Shown piece after piece: positions 1-11,000 of a stretch of DNA of 22,015 bases. The notes below the pieces were generated by a model that saw nothing but the letters and a program-made list of their open reading frames with translations, had not been told where the DNA came from and ran no database searches. Position 1 is the stretch's first letter; each line of letters begins with the position of its first letter. A program made the position numbers and the translations under genes. This DNA comes from Peribolospora baueri (taxonomy: Eukaryota): contig JAMDHS010000087.1 of NCBI GenBank assembly GCA_029717555.1, forward strand, positions 62,001-84,015, written 5' to 3'.

Positions 1-2
1 GA

Positions 3-3000
3 GCGACGGACGACGACGACGGGGACTGGTACATCCCTTACAACGGCCCCGTCTCCCTTCCTCGTTTATCCGGATGGGGCGTGCCCGGCAGCGCAGAGCC
101 GCAAGACCCGTCGACGGCGTCGCGGGTTGCCCGACCTGACGTGCTCGTGGACCGGCCGAGCAAGCTTGCGCACTCCAACGCCGGCTCTCCGTCGACCATC
201 GGCGCCGATCCGTTGGTTCGCCTTGACGACGCTTCCACCGGCCTCGTCAGGTTGCCTTCCAACGCCAGCACCGGCCCTTCCTCTTCCTCCGCGTCCCACG
301 GCCACAGCCTGCCAGCGTCTCACCGACTCTCCTACCTCACCTCCTCCTCCACCTCCGCCTCCTCTTCCTCCCACCACCGCGCAACCGCCGCCGGAGCCAT
401 CGATGACGTCTCTTCCCACCTTCACAGCCCCGCAGCCCCCTCTGTGGGCGCCAGCCTGGCCCGCAGCAGGAGCACCTCCTCCCTCCCTCTGACGCCCCCG
501 ACGTCAGAGAGCATACACGACTCCACTGCGCCGGCAGCCCGCTGGACCCCTGCCAACGTCTCCCTCACCGGCTCGTCTTCGCTCAAACCCGCTACGACCA
601 GCGCGGGCGCCTCGACGCCCAATCGAGTCGCGCCGCCGATCGTCGACGACCGTTTTCGCTTCCGTACCCCGGCTTCTTCTGCCGCCGTTAGGAACTGGGC
701 GCTCGCCACAGCTTCCACCGCTGGCGCCGGAGGAGGGGGAGGAGGAGGAGGAGGAGGCCTGACGTCTGCCTTGGGTTCCGGGCTGTCCGCGACCTCCAAT
801 CCTCCCTCCGCTTCGTCTCTCACCTCGCAGCCTTACTCCTCCGCTGCCTTCGCCTCCCGCTCCGTTGACGCCCTTCACACGACCGCTGGACTTTGGTCTC
901 GCAACCCGCTCCCGTCTTCAAACCCGTCCCTCTCTGTCGAGTCCCTCTCTACTTCGTCCGACGACCACAAAATCCACAGAACCCCGCATGCTGGAGGAGG
1001 ACTCGCCGTTCGCCCCGCGCTCTCCCCCATCCCCAGCAGCGGTGGCGCCAGCGGCTCCGGTGGTAGCTTGCACCGCTCCCGCTCCTTCCTCTCCGACCTC
1101 GCCCTCTCTAGTCCTTCCGCATACACGCACGGTTCCGTCCAGTCGTGGGAAGCGGGCGCCAATGGCGCGTCCACGTCCGGCACACTGCACGCCTTCCCCG
1201 CTGTGTCCGCTCTAAAGGCGCCGAACTCGCAGGCGCAGCTGGAACAACAGCAACAACAAGCCTTTCAGCGCCAGTTCAGGGACCCTTACGGCGGACGGTT
1301 CGTTCCCGCGTGGGGATCCACCTTCCTTCATCCTTATGCCTCTCAGCCCCCGTCGTCGTACGCCCAAGTCCCCGGAGCGTCTTCTGTCGGCGCGACCGCC
1401 ACTGACCAAGGTTCGCTTTCCGCCGTCGTCCCGACGACCGACGGCCACGACGGACCCGCACCGGAAGAGAGCCTTTCTCCTTCTGCTCCCACCACGCATT
1501 CCTCCCCCAGAAGCCCGCACGGTAGCGTGGATATTCAACGTACCGTCACCGGCGCTTTCGACCCTCGCTTCTGGGGCACGTCGCTGGCTCCCGTTGCCAA
1601 CACGCTAAATGGACAATCGAACGCTAACGGCGGTGGAGGGGATAGTGTGGCGTGGCCAGCGGCACCGAACAGCTCTTCGTCGTCTCTTGCACCTCGCATC
1701 GTTCCTGCGTCCGCTCGACCGCGCGGAACGGTTAGCGTGCCTGACCTGCACGAGAGGGCTTCCAGACCCGTAGGCGCTGGCACGTCTCAACTGCCTGACG
1801 CAGCCATCGCCTCCTCCTTCGCCCGTCCCGCTCCACCCACCTCGGGCACACGTCTACCCCACCAGCGCCATAAGAACTCTCAATTCTCAGTCGATTCGGA
1901 TCTCTTCGAGGCGCAGACCACATGCGACGCCTTTATGCTCCCCAAGCCAAGGCTGCGGTCTCGCAAAATGTCGGAGAGCGACCTTCACAAGTTGGCACAA
2001 GAGGCTTCTGTTTCGAGGAGGGAGAGGAGGCCATCGCTTATCCGCAGGATTTCCGGCAGGGGTGTCGGAGGTAGTAATGGGTTCAAGATCAGTCCCAGCG
2101 AGCCCGATCTCCGCGCGACGGCGAGGGCGGATCAGCTCGACGAAAGGAGGCCCAGCCGTGGGATGCACATGTCCCCGACCTCGGCTCCCGCTTCGAGGCT
2201 CAGCCATCGACGCAACGGCGCCGGCTCCGGCAGCAAGGGCTCTTCGCACCTCCCTGCCATCTCCAACCCCAGCCCTATCGAGGGCCTCAGTCACGGTCTT
2301 CCGGAGCCGTATCACCCTGAACGGCCCGACGCCACCGCGTCTTCTTCCGTCCCTCCTCGACGCCGCGCCGTGAGCGGAGGAGAGGGAGGCCTGCTTTCCC
2401 AGCGCATGTCGACGGCGACCAACACCTTCTTCCACCATCGTCCCGCCCCGCCCCCGCCTATTTCTGTGCCGCCGGCCTCGGCCGCAAGGGTGGCCGGCGT
2501 GATCGCCGCGCGGGACGACGAACGCAAGCGCGAAGAAGCGGCGCGGAGGCACACCAAGAGACCGAGCCACGTGCTCCGCGACAAGGCGGTCCCCCTGTCG
2601 CCGGACAGTGTCGTTTACGACGAGTCGTCACCGGACGCCTTCGACGACGTCCCCACGGTTGTCGCCAAGGGCGAGGCGCTCAATATGGAGCGCGAGGCGT
2701 GGAGGAGAGAGTTTGAGAAGAGCTTGGGAGGTGGTCCGTTGGCGAGGAGAAGGAGCAAGAGCAGGGAGAGGGAAAGGAGGCGCAAGGCCGTAGACAGGGA
2801 GGATCGCGAAGCCGCTGCCGTCGCTTGGCCCGCCATTGGCGGGGGCGGGGCCGGCGAGTCAGGCGTGTCGAGCGACGACATGTACTCGTCTCTCAAGCCG
2901 GCCACCGGGACCGCCTATTCCAGTGGGCCCGGGAAGACGGCGCCAGGGGTCTCGCATCCGAGCTCCACCTTGTCCTCCGTCTTCCCTCCATCGCCATCCG

Positions 3001-6000
3001 AAGGGCCTCAGAGCCCGTTCGCGACGTCGTGCGAGCCCATCTTCTCCGCCGGCAGGTCTCTCAAGGGCAGGGGCAGGTCCAAGAGTTTGCATGGCAGTCT
3101 GAGGGGCGGAAAGGAGGCAAGGTCGAGGCGCAAGTCGATGGTCTCCCCGCCTCGCGTTCCCGACGAGAACGTCGCCGCCGGGAGGCACAGGCGTTCCGCC
3201 TCTTTCGGCGACCGCGGCGACAGGCCGGATAGAAAGACGCTCGCCGCTTCTTCCACGGCCGCGTCGTCGTCGCCTTGGGGCGCCATCGACGGCGGCCCGC
3301 AGGGGCTCACCCGGCGAAACGGCCGTCGTTTCGACAGCGATCCGTTTTCTACCAAGCCTGCCCTCGTCACCGATGAACCAGTCTACATTGGTCGGCAGCC
3401 CGCCAAGAGCCTCGACGCGCAGACGGCCAGGAGGGCTGGCCCAGCAGTCCCTTCCCAGCGCGACGTCTCCGAACAGCGGCAATATCGCTTCCCTCCTCCC
3501 ATCTCGGGGGTGGGCGCGTCTACAGCGCACGTTCCCTCCGTCTCCGTCACTGCGCCGCTCTCGCCTCGTCCGACGCCGACCGCCGGCACTGTCGTGCCCA
3601 CCGTCGTACCCCCGCCGTCGTCGACGGACTTGAGCAACCGAGCGCGCAATTCGTTCGTCGGTCTCGCCATCTCTCCCTCTTCCACCGCTCCCGTCCGGCA
3701 GGCGGGACGCAAGCGCAGCGTCGACTTTGCCGCCCCCCCTCCCAGCCGCTCTCACTCTGGCACGCCCACCGCTCTCGGAGGCGCGAGCGTCCCCGCCGCC
3801 GCTGCCGGCGGCGGCTCGTCTGGGGCTGTTGCCATCGCTAGCCATACCAAGACTGGCAGCGCGGACCTCCGGGCTCAGAAACATCGATTGCCTCCTCATG
3901 CTGTGCAACACGCCCTCGAACCAAGGCCAGAAGAAGCCGCCTCCGCCTCGCAGCAGCAACCGTGGGCGGAGTCCAGGTCTGGCGGCCCGGCGGCGAAGAA
4001 TGTGACAGATCCTTCTTCTCATCGGCGCCTGGGCACGCCGCCCGGCAATGAAGCTGCGAAGAGAGAGGAGGCGGCGTGGAGCAAGGCCGGTGCCCAGGGC
4101 GTGCTCGCCGCTTTTCTGAGTTCCCACTCCGGGTCCTCGTCGCCCGACCCCGCCCCGGTCTCGAGAGGCCGGTCGGCGAGGGTCGAACGTCTTCCCGACT
4201 CGCTTCCCACGCCCATCCCCGCTCGCAGCAGCAGCCTCAGACGCAGTCGGCCCTCCATCATTGCCAACGCCCCTCGCGAGGCCGCTGCCGCCGCCAGCAC
4301 CATCCACGGACGCGGAGCGTCGGTTTCGCTCGCGGATGAGCGTGCCGCCACGGCCTATCCCGCTTCTTCCCAAAGACCAGTGAAGAGTTCGAGCTCCAAC
4401 TCGGTCGCCTCGCCCACCGAGCTCATCCGGTCCTTCTCCGAACCCGGCAAGTCGCGACGGCGCGACGGCGGAGGCGCCAGGACGTTCGCAGGCGCCACTA
4501 GCTTGCCCGTCCCGCCTCGGCCTGCGAGAACGTCTCCGAAGACGGGCCCCGGCGGCCCCTCACTGTCCGATTCCACACAACCTTCCCCGCCCTCTACGGC
4601 TGCCTCCGTGTCGTCGTCTTTGTCCGCCGCCCCGGCCCACGTCCCCGCTGATGTGTCGCCGAGCCCGCCATCCGCTGACGGTTCGAGCGTCCCGGCCACG
4701 ACGGCGCCACAACCTTTCCAGACGCCCTCTCTCATGCCCAACGAGTTCTCCGCCGCGCAGCTGGCCAACGACTCTTACTTTACTCCTACTTCTCATTCCC
4801 GTCCCGCTGGGGATGGCGGTAAGGCGAGCTTCGGACCGGCTAGGTGGGAGCGCTTCGGTGGGCGACGGCGTTCGCGCACATTGCCAAATGCTAGCTCGCC
4901 GCTCTCATCGCTTAGCAGCGTCTACGACAACAGCAACGGCACTGCGGAAGTGCACGGCTCGCCCGAGGAAGCGTTCCGCCCTCACATCATCAGCACGGCG
5001 GATGACGAAGACTTTGATCACCTCTGGTTCCGGCGGCCCAGTCAGACTGGCGGCTTCAGCTCTACCACCGGCTTGCGCGCCTCCGGTGTCGATGTCTCCT
5101 CCACCTTTGCTCGCGAACACTCGAGACAGTCTGAGCTGCTGTCCGTCGGCAGTATCAGCCGACCACGCAGCTCCACGCTTCCGCCCGACGCTGGCCGTCC
5201 GCTCTCCCAGGCGCGCGCCTCGTCTGTGCTCAACCCGGAGCTGGACGCCACTGCGCAAGAGGGAGGAGAAAAGACCGAGGCGTTGCCCGAGGACCGGTTC
5301 AGCAGCGGAAGCAGCTCGCGTTTCAAAGAGGCCGCGCTCGCTCTGCGTAGAAACTCCGAGACGGTGGAGGAGATTGTCAAACCTTACCTCTCCGCGGGCG
5401 ACGGCAGCTCGCAAGTGGATGGGTCCGGACCAGACCAGCGCCGGCGACCGTCGGCGCACGTCATGCAGCGCGCCACGTCCATGGCCGAATCGAGCGAGAG
5501 CGGCAGCCGGCCCGAGTCGACATGGGCGACGTCGAGCTTTGCAGACGAGATCTTCGGCCTGAGCGACGTGCCCCCCCCCCTCTCCCGTTCGGGCTCGCTC
5601 GCCGGTGAACAGTCGCTGTGGCGCGGTCCGGTCGCTGTCCAACGTCGACCGACGTTGGTCAAGGCGTCCTCGTCTGGCCAGTCGGTTCAAGGGGAGAGGT
5701 CCGGCACTCCGGTTCAGGAAGACGGAGGAAGGAGTTCACAAGAGGGCTCAAGCGGCAGCTTCCTTGACATCGCGCCCGATCGTTCGTCGCTGGTCGTCGG
5801 CACGCAGAGGACAGTGACCAGCCCGGCGGACTCGTTCCTCGACCTCGCGTACCGCCTCGACGACGGCCAGGATTACTGTCACATGCAACGGCGGCTCTCG
5901 GCCTTGGAGCGAGAGTACGGCATGTCGAGTCTTCTTCAACAGCCAAGTCAAAACCAAGAGCAGCAGCAGCAGCATGTGGAGAAGCAAATCGGTGTCCCCG

Positions 6001-6785
6001 CCGCCGCAAACGAGGGGCCGGAGCACCTTTCCGACTCGGACAATGAACCTCACAGTCCCTCCTCGAGCTTTCTCAGTCTCGGTCGAGACACTCAATCTCC
6101 GTTAGGCATCCGCTCCACCCAAGGCTCCCGGCAAGCGTTCGTCTCCGGTCATTCCCGCGACTCTTCGCAACGAGACTACGTGGCCGGTCATTCTCGCGAT
6201 TCATCTTTCGACCACGACGAGGTTGCCTCGCTCCACAGTCCGCGGACCATGCGCGGCATCTACGTACCCTCCACTGGCGCCTATTACCGCGAGCGCCAAC
6301 ACCGGCTTCACGAGTCCGTGCTTACCTTTGGAGGCAGATATGGCGGTGACGGCGGTACGGACGCGGATCCAGAAAGCGATGACGACTTCCGTCCATCGCA
6401 GGACACGTTCCGGTCCAGCGTGCTCACCGTAGGCACCACCTCGACGATCCAACCGCGCATGCATTCCGACCACCCTGACGAGGCACACCCGCACCACTCT
6501 CACTCACATCGCCAGACCCGCGAGTCCTCTGGCTTGATGAGCTTGTCCGCTTTCCCATCTCCTCCGCAGGACGAGGGCTTTGAAGCCTCATCGCCGCGAC
6601 CGAGCACGGACAGCAGTTTGTCACCCCACGAGCTCGCATCTGCCCGTTCCTTGGCGGCCGACTTGCTCGTCGGCGCCTCTCGTCGCGACACCGTCCTGCC
6701 GAGCTCTCGTACGGAAGTGGGTGCGGATGTGAAAAATGAGAGCGCGCCGTCCACCGTCCGCGTCGATGCGCCCGCTTTAGACTAG
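3..6785 (+). CDS. Very large low-complexity (S/P/A/G/R-rich), probably disordered hypothetical protein; 5'-partial
   Basis: The track ORF 81..6785 starts at GTG, but the same frame is open back to position 3 (ATDDDDGDWYIPYNGPVSLPRLSGWG), so the true start lies upstream of the window. There is no stop for about 2,260 codons; TAG at 6783-6785. No folded domain is recognisable, only short ordered-looking islands. Confidence 0.8.
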   Translation, partial: ATDDDDGDWYIPYNGPVSLPRLSGWGVPGSAEPQDPSTASRVARPDVLVDRPSKLAHSNAGSPSTIGADPLVRLDDASTGLVRLPSNASTGPSSSSASHGHSLPASHRLSYLTSSSTSASSSSHHRATAAGAIDDVSSHLHSPAAPSVGASLARSRSTSSLPLTPPTSESIHDSTAPAARWTPANVSLTGSSSLKPATTSAGASTPNRVAPPIVDDRFRFRTPASSAAVRNWALATASTAGAGGGGGGGGGGLTSALGSGLSATSNPPSASSLTSQPYSSAAFASRSVDALHTTAGLWSRNPLPSSNPSLSVESLSTSSDDHKIHRTPHAGGGLAVRPALSPIPSSGGASGSGGSLHRSRSFLSDLALSSPSAYTHGSVQSWEAGANGASTSGTLHAFPAVSALKAPNSQAQLEQQQQQAFQRQFRDPYGGRFVPAWGSTFLHPYASQPPSSYAQVPGASSVGATATDQGSLSAVVPTTDGHDGPAPEESLSPSAPTTHSSPRSPHGSVDIQRTVTGAFDPRFWGTSLAPVANTLNGQSNANGGGGDSVAWPAAPNSSSSSLAPRIVPASARPRGTVSVPDLHERASRPVGAGTSQLPDAAIASSFARPAPPTSGTRLPHQRHKNSQFSVDSDLFEAQTTCDAFMLPKPRLRSRKMSESDLHKLAQEASVSRRERRPSLIRRISGRGVGGSNGFKISPSEPDLRATARADQLDERRPSRGMHMSPTSAPASRLSHRRNGAGSGSKGSSHLPAISNPSPIEGLSHGLPEPYHPERPDATASSSVPPRRRAVSGGEGGLLSQRMSTATNTFFHHRPAPPPPISVPPASAARVAGVIAARDDERKREEAARRHTKRPSHVLRDKAVPLSPDSVVYDESSPDAFDDVPTVVAKGEALNMEREAWRREFEKSLGGGPLARRRSKSRERERRRKAVDREDREAAAVAWPAIGGGGAGESGVSSDDMYSSLKPATGTAYSSGPGKTAPGVSHPSSTLSSVFPPSPSEGPQSPFATSCEPIFSAGRSLKGRGRSKSLHGSLRGGKEARSRRKSMVSPPRVPDENVAAGRHRRSASFGDRGDRPDRKTLAASSTAASSSPWGAIDGGPQGLTRRNGRRFDSDPFSTKPALVTDEPVYIGRQPAKSLDAQTARRAGPAVPSQRDVSEQRQYRFPPPISGVGASTAHVPSVSVTAPLSPRPTPTAGTVVPTVVPPPSSTDLSNRARNSFVGLAISPSSTAPVRQAGRKRSVDFAAPPPSRSHSGTPTALGGASVPAAAAGGGSSGAVAIASHTKTGSADLRAQKHRLPPHAVQHALEPRPEEAASASQQQPWAESRSGGPAAKNVTDPSSHRRLGTPPGNEAAKREEAAWSKAGAQGVLAAFLSSHSGSSSPDPAPVSRGRSARVERLPDSLPTPIPARSSSLRRSRPSIIANAPREAAAAASTIHGRGASVSLADERAATAYPASSQRPVKSSSSNSVASPTELIRSFSEPGKSRRRDGGGARTFAGATSLPVPPRPARTSPKTGPGGPSLSDSTQPSPPSTAASVSSSLSAAPAHVPADVSPSPPSADGSSVPATTAPQPFQTPSLMPNEFSAAQLANDSYFTPTSHSRPAGDGGKASFGPARWERFGGRRRSRTLPNASSPLSSLSSVYDNSNGTAEVHGSPEEAFRPHIISTADDEDFDHLWFRRPSQTGGFSSTTGLRASGVDVSSTFAREHSRQSELLSVGSISRPRSSTLPPDAGRPLSQARASSVLNPELDATAQEGGEKTEALPEDRFSSGSSSRFKEAALALRRNSETVEEIVKPYLSAGDGSSQVDGSGPDQRRRPSAHVMQRATSMAESSESGSRPESTWATSSFADEIFGLSDVPPPLSRSGSLAGEQSLWRGPVAVQRRPTLVKASSSGQSVQGERSGTPVQEDGGRSSQEGSSGSFLDIAPDRSSLVVGTQRTVTSPADSFLDLAYRLDDGQDYCHMQRRLSALEREYGMSSLLQQPSQNQEQQQQHVEKQIGVPAAANEGPEHLSDSDNEPHSPSSSFLSLGRDTQSPLGIRSTQGSRQAFVSGHSRDSSQRDYVAGHSRDSSFDHDEVASLHSPRTMRGIYVPSTGAYYRERQHRLHESVLTFGGRYGGDGGTDADPESDDDFRPSQDTFRSSVLTVGTTSTIQPRMHSDHPDEAHPHHSHSHRQTRESSGLMSLSAFPSPPQDEGFEASSPRPSTDSSLSPHELASARSLAADLLVGASRRDTVLPSSRTEVGADVKNESAPSTVRVDAPALD

Positions 6786-7159
6786 TGGTACCTCCGCCGC
6801 CTGCCTTGAGTTGGGCCCTGTCAACTCGACTGGGCCCTTCCATGCTTTTTTCTGCCCTGCTCCATCTGAAGCTTCCATTCACTCGGTTTGCAACACCGTC
6901 GTCATTGTTCGAACGACATCGTGCTCTTGTAAATCTCTGATTCGTTTCGCTTCTTCTTTGCTTTGTCCCACGTTTGGGGCCCCGCCGTTTCTGCCCTTTG
7001 CTCTTTGATTCGCGTCGACGCTTAGCCGCGCTTCCTTGCGCCTTCTACCCCTTTCTCCCCAAGTTACCCTCGCTTCGCGCATCTGTTTCGCACACGAGAC
7101 GGTTTCGAGTTTACAGAACGCGCACCCACACCACCCACGCTCCTTGTATTCGCACTTCG

Positions 7160-7290
7160 ATTCTTTCTCTTCTTTTCTCTCCTCTTCTCTCCTCTCTCTC
7201 TGGCTCTTTCTTCGTCTCTCATTCTCTCTCGCTCTCGCTCTCTCTTCCCGTCGCTCTTCCCCTCGCTCTGTCTCGTTTTCCGTTCCTACC
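7160..7290 (+). repeat. CT-rich polypyrimidine/(CT)n-like low-complexity tract, probably promoter or 5' region of the downstream small gene
   Basis: ttctttctcttcttttctctcctcttctctcctctctctc...gctctcgctctctcttccc is almost purely C/T and lies 100-240 nt upstream of ATG 7396. Such tracts are common near fungal transcription starts. Confidence 0.6.
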
Positions 7291-7395
7291 TTCCAGCCAC
7301 CCTTACTTTCGATTTACTTGTTGTAGTCGCCCACCGTTGTCTTCGTCAGTTCGATAAGAATTTACGGCGGTTTCTTGCTGGGTTGTTTGATCAAG

Positions 7396-7804
7396 ATGGC
7401 GTTCGTTCGTCGTCGGTTAGGTACGCAATTCGTTTACTTGAGGCGTTCATTTTGTCGTCCTCCACTCACAGCTTTCGTCCGCATCCATGTTTTCAGGAAC
7501 TATACATATGCCGAGATGGTGAGCAAACAAGTCTGGCTATCCGTCATTGTCTTTACCTGTCCTAACCGTCCGTTGGTCATGCGTATCCTTTTGAAGGGTC
7601 ACAAGATTCTCAGACAACCATCGTCGATCGCCTTTCAAGTTTGGGACACCGCCGGCGCGGCATGGATTCGCTCGGAGGAGTACGCGCGTGCAGCCGACTA
7701 CGTTGCTCGAAGGCGACAAGGTCGTTCTCAAGGACTACCCTCTCATGGACTACCCTCTCACTCTGGAGGGCCTGATCGAGTCGTACATTGAGAAGGGTCT
7801 CTGA
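7396..7804 (+). CDS. Small basic hypothetical protein, 84 aa, 3 exons (7396-7420, 7497-7518, 7597-7804)
   Basis: Introns 7421-7496 (GTACGC...TTTCAG) and 7519-7596 (GTGAGC...CCTAAC...GAAG) join the exons in frame (255 nt): MAFVRRRLGTIHMPRWVTRFSDNHRRSPFKFGTPPARHGFARRSTRVQPTTLLEGDKVVLKDYPLMDYPLTLEGLIESYIEKGL*. The ATG context is AAGATGG. Confidence 0.7.
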
Positions 7805-8050
7805 CGTGGAGAAAGCATCCGCTGGGTTCATACCCCGAGCATAGGAAAATAGGAAAAAAAAGAGGACGGCGTTTGGCTCTCGATAGGTTGATAGATACCT
7901 GCGACAAGTTGGATTAAGATGGGCAATGGAAACTCGTGTTACAATGCGAGCGTGACGAAGAACGCATAGCAGTACAGTGGCCGTGGGTATGTAGCTGGAG
8001 GGAAGAAGTGAGAGACGACGGCAGCGATGGTAAGACCAGCAGCGAGCCGT

Positions 8051-11000
8051 CTACTCAGCGGCGAACTTGGTGAGATCGAGGGTGAGAGTGGACTGAGTGG
8101 GAGTAGAGAACCGATCGGTCCGTAACGTCAGCACAAAGCCTCTGGACCCGTTAGCTTTTCGATCGCTTCGATCAGCTTCCTGAATAAAAGTCCTACGCAC
8201 GCTAGAGTTGTAACCCTGGTCCCTATAGATCCCCACTAGGGCCTGAGCACGTTCGTACAAGGACGACTTGAGCGAGATGACGATGAACTGGAACGACTGG
8301 TCGGCGTGCTGCTTGATGTAATTTGCGATCTTGCCCACGTTGGTGTTGTCCAGCGCTGCATCGACCTCGTCAAGGACGAAGAAGGGTGCCGGTTGGAAGC
8401 TGATGCGCGGATCATGCCGTAGCCAAAAAGACGTTGATGAGCAACCCGTTTTGTTGGGTCTTGTGCGTAGACAGCTAGTGTGAGGTCTCACCTGTGGATG
8501 GCAAAGAGCAGCGCAAGGGCTGCCATAGTCTTCTCGCCTCCGGACAGCTGCTCCATGTCACGGAAGCGCTTCATGGGAGGCATGGCGTGGTACTTGATCC
8601 CACCGAGATAGGGTTCCTATCGCAATGATAGACGGGCAAGAGTCAGTCACGGACAGACGCGGCGCCGGAGTAGAGTACGCCCAGCTCACTTCGCTGTCCT
8701 CCACAGTCAGATAGGCGACACCTCCCATCGGAGAAGCCTTGCCCTTTGTGAGCTCCTTGTAGACCTTGTCGATGCGCTCGGAAATGTGGCTGTACGCCTT
8801 GTTGAACAGGTCACACCTGCGGGAACGAGGGGCATATGCTGGATTAGAGATAGAAAGCAGAACACGGCACCAGCGACTAACATACCTCCTCTTTTTGATG
8901 TCGTTGAATTCATCCTTAGCCGATTTCGCCTCACGACGCGCCCGATCGAAGTCCTTCTCCGTCTCGGCGAGCTTGGACTCGACGTCTTCGAGCCGGTCAA
9001 TGGCTTTCATGTTCGGTGCCAGCTTCTCGATCTCCGCAGCAATCTTGGCGATGTTGGACTGCAGCTCTTTGTCCATGTCGCTCGAGCCGTTCGCCTTCTC
9101 GTCGTCCTCGAGGTCAGTAAAGTCAACCTCGATGCCAAAGTCTTGCACCTGGATCGCCCGCTGCGTGGCGTCATCTTCTCCGTCCACGTTCATGGGCGCA
9201 GTGTGCAACACCTGTACGACGGGGCAAAACGGGCGGATTATGTTCAGCCGCTGACCCTGAAATAGAAGAGGCAATCAGGGTACGAACTTCTTCAAGCGGC
9301 ACTCGACTGAGATCACCAGACACCAATGGCAAGTCGATCTCCTCAAGACGGCACCTCTTGTAGAGAGCGGAGCGTTCAGAATCAAATTTCTCAATCTCGT
9401 CATTCTGTGCCAATGACAAACGACCGGCGACATGACCATCAAAATCAGCCCGACGGATTGAAGCAATGTCTCTGATCAAGTTCATCACGGCGTGTCCACA
9501 CGACTCACCCAAGCAGCGATCTCCTTGAGCGCCCCATCGAGTCGCTTCATGGCCTTGTACGTGCTCCGCTTGACCTCCTCCAAAGCGGACGTCTTCGTAT
9601 TGTGCTCTTCAGTGAGTTGGGCAAGCTCCTCATGCAAATTGTTCGTGTCCGTCTTAATCGCGTCGAGCTCAGCTTGGATTCTTGTCCTCTCCGTCTCCAG
9701 GCGCTTGAGAGATTCTTTCTCCGAGTTGACCGTCCGACGGAGGAGTTGGAGGCGCTCCCGTGTCGTCGACAGTTGCTCTTGCTCGAAGTTGACCCTTGCG
9801 GGAAGAAGAGACAATGTTCTATCAGTCCATCGCCGAGCAATTCACTAGCCCGACCAACAATGGGGGACTCACTGATGCGTGAGCCTGGCAATCTGCGTGT
9901 CGAACTGAAGCCTCGCCTCGCTCTGCTCTTGAGTTACCTTCAACTGCCGCTCCTCAAACTGACGAACGTTGGACACGCCGATGCGCCGACAAAAGTCGAT
10001 GAAGATCTCGTCTTCCTCAGCGTTGACGACGGACTCAAGCTTGGAGATCCTTCCAGCCAACTTGTCTACTTCGCTGACGGCGTCATCATGTCTGGGCGTG
10101 AGGGCGTTGATCTCCTTGTCGACTTGCTTGATTTCGTCTTTGATGCCGTTCAGACGGCGTTGAGTGGCACTCTAAAGTCGAAAACGAATCCGAGAAGGAT
10201 GAGCCTTGGGAAGCACTGCAGGGGAGCAAAGGCCGGGTAGAAAACAATTCTCACCAGGTCATCCTTAGCGACAGTCAGCTCCGACTCCAACCGGCTGATC
10301 TCGCTCATGAAGTCCTCGTCGATGTTGCCACGGGGTTTAGTCTTGCTGAGCTCCTGCAGTTGGGCCAAGCAATTGTCTCGCAGGCGATGGAGGCCTTGGA
10401 CGGTGAGAGAACAAGGACTGGCGTCAACAACTCGTGGGCGGGCTCTTCGCCGTCTCTGCCATGACTCACTCTGAACCTCGCGGTCTTCCCACCGTCGACC
10501 GGGACCGCCTCCCGATTGACCGCCAGTGATGAGACCGCTCTTGTGTATAACGGTGCCCTCCAAGGTGACGGCTATGAAGCAAAAACGCGCAGAGACGAAA
10601 GACAAGGGCAGGACAGACGCGACCATGAACATTGGCAAACGTCTGGCAGGCAGCCTTTCGAACCCATTGGAAGCGAGACGATACGCACCCTTTACCTCCT
10701 GGCCCTTCTCATAACAAACGTACCGCGCTACATCGAGAGAATCGCAAATGAGAGCGTTCCCACAAGCGTGCTGCAGCGCCCTCTCAACGCCAGGGTCGTA
10801 CTGAATCACGTCGATGGCCAGACGGGCACCACGGGCAATGCTCCTGTACTTTTCGTTCACCCCTTTCACTTGGATCGTGTCGAGCGGGATGAACGTGGCC
10901 TGACCGGCTCGAGAGCTGCGCATATACTGATAGGCGCGTTCAAGGCAAGGGCACGTTCGTTATCCGTCAGTCGCAAAATAATACAAGCGGCGCGGAGCGT

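Noticed and set aside
729..757. (GGA)n and (CAG/CAA)n runs in the large ORF
   Set aside because: Ordinary poly-Gly/poly-Gln coding microsatellites.
2859..4373. 504-aa antisense ORF and many other overlapping ORFs inside the large + strand gene
   Set aside because: Shadow frames expected from high GC and biased codon use; R/G-rich with no recognisable motifs.
7375..7791. 138-aa ORF containing FQVWDTAG, resembling the Rab GTPase WDTAGQ motif
   Set aside because: No P-loop or NKxD, it reads through two clear introns, and the spliced gene uses another frame; judged coincidental.
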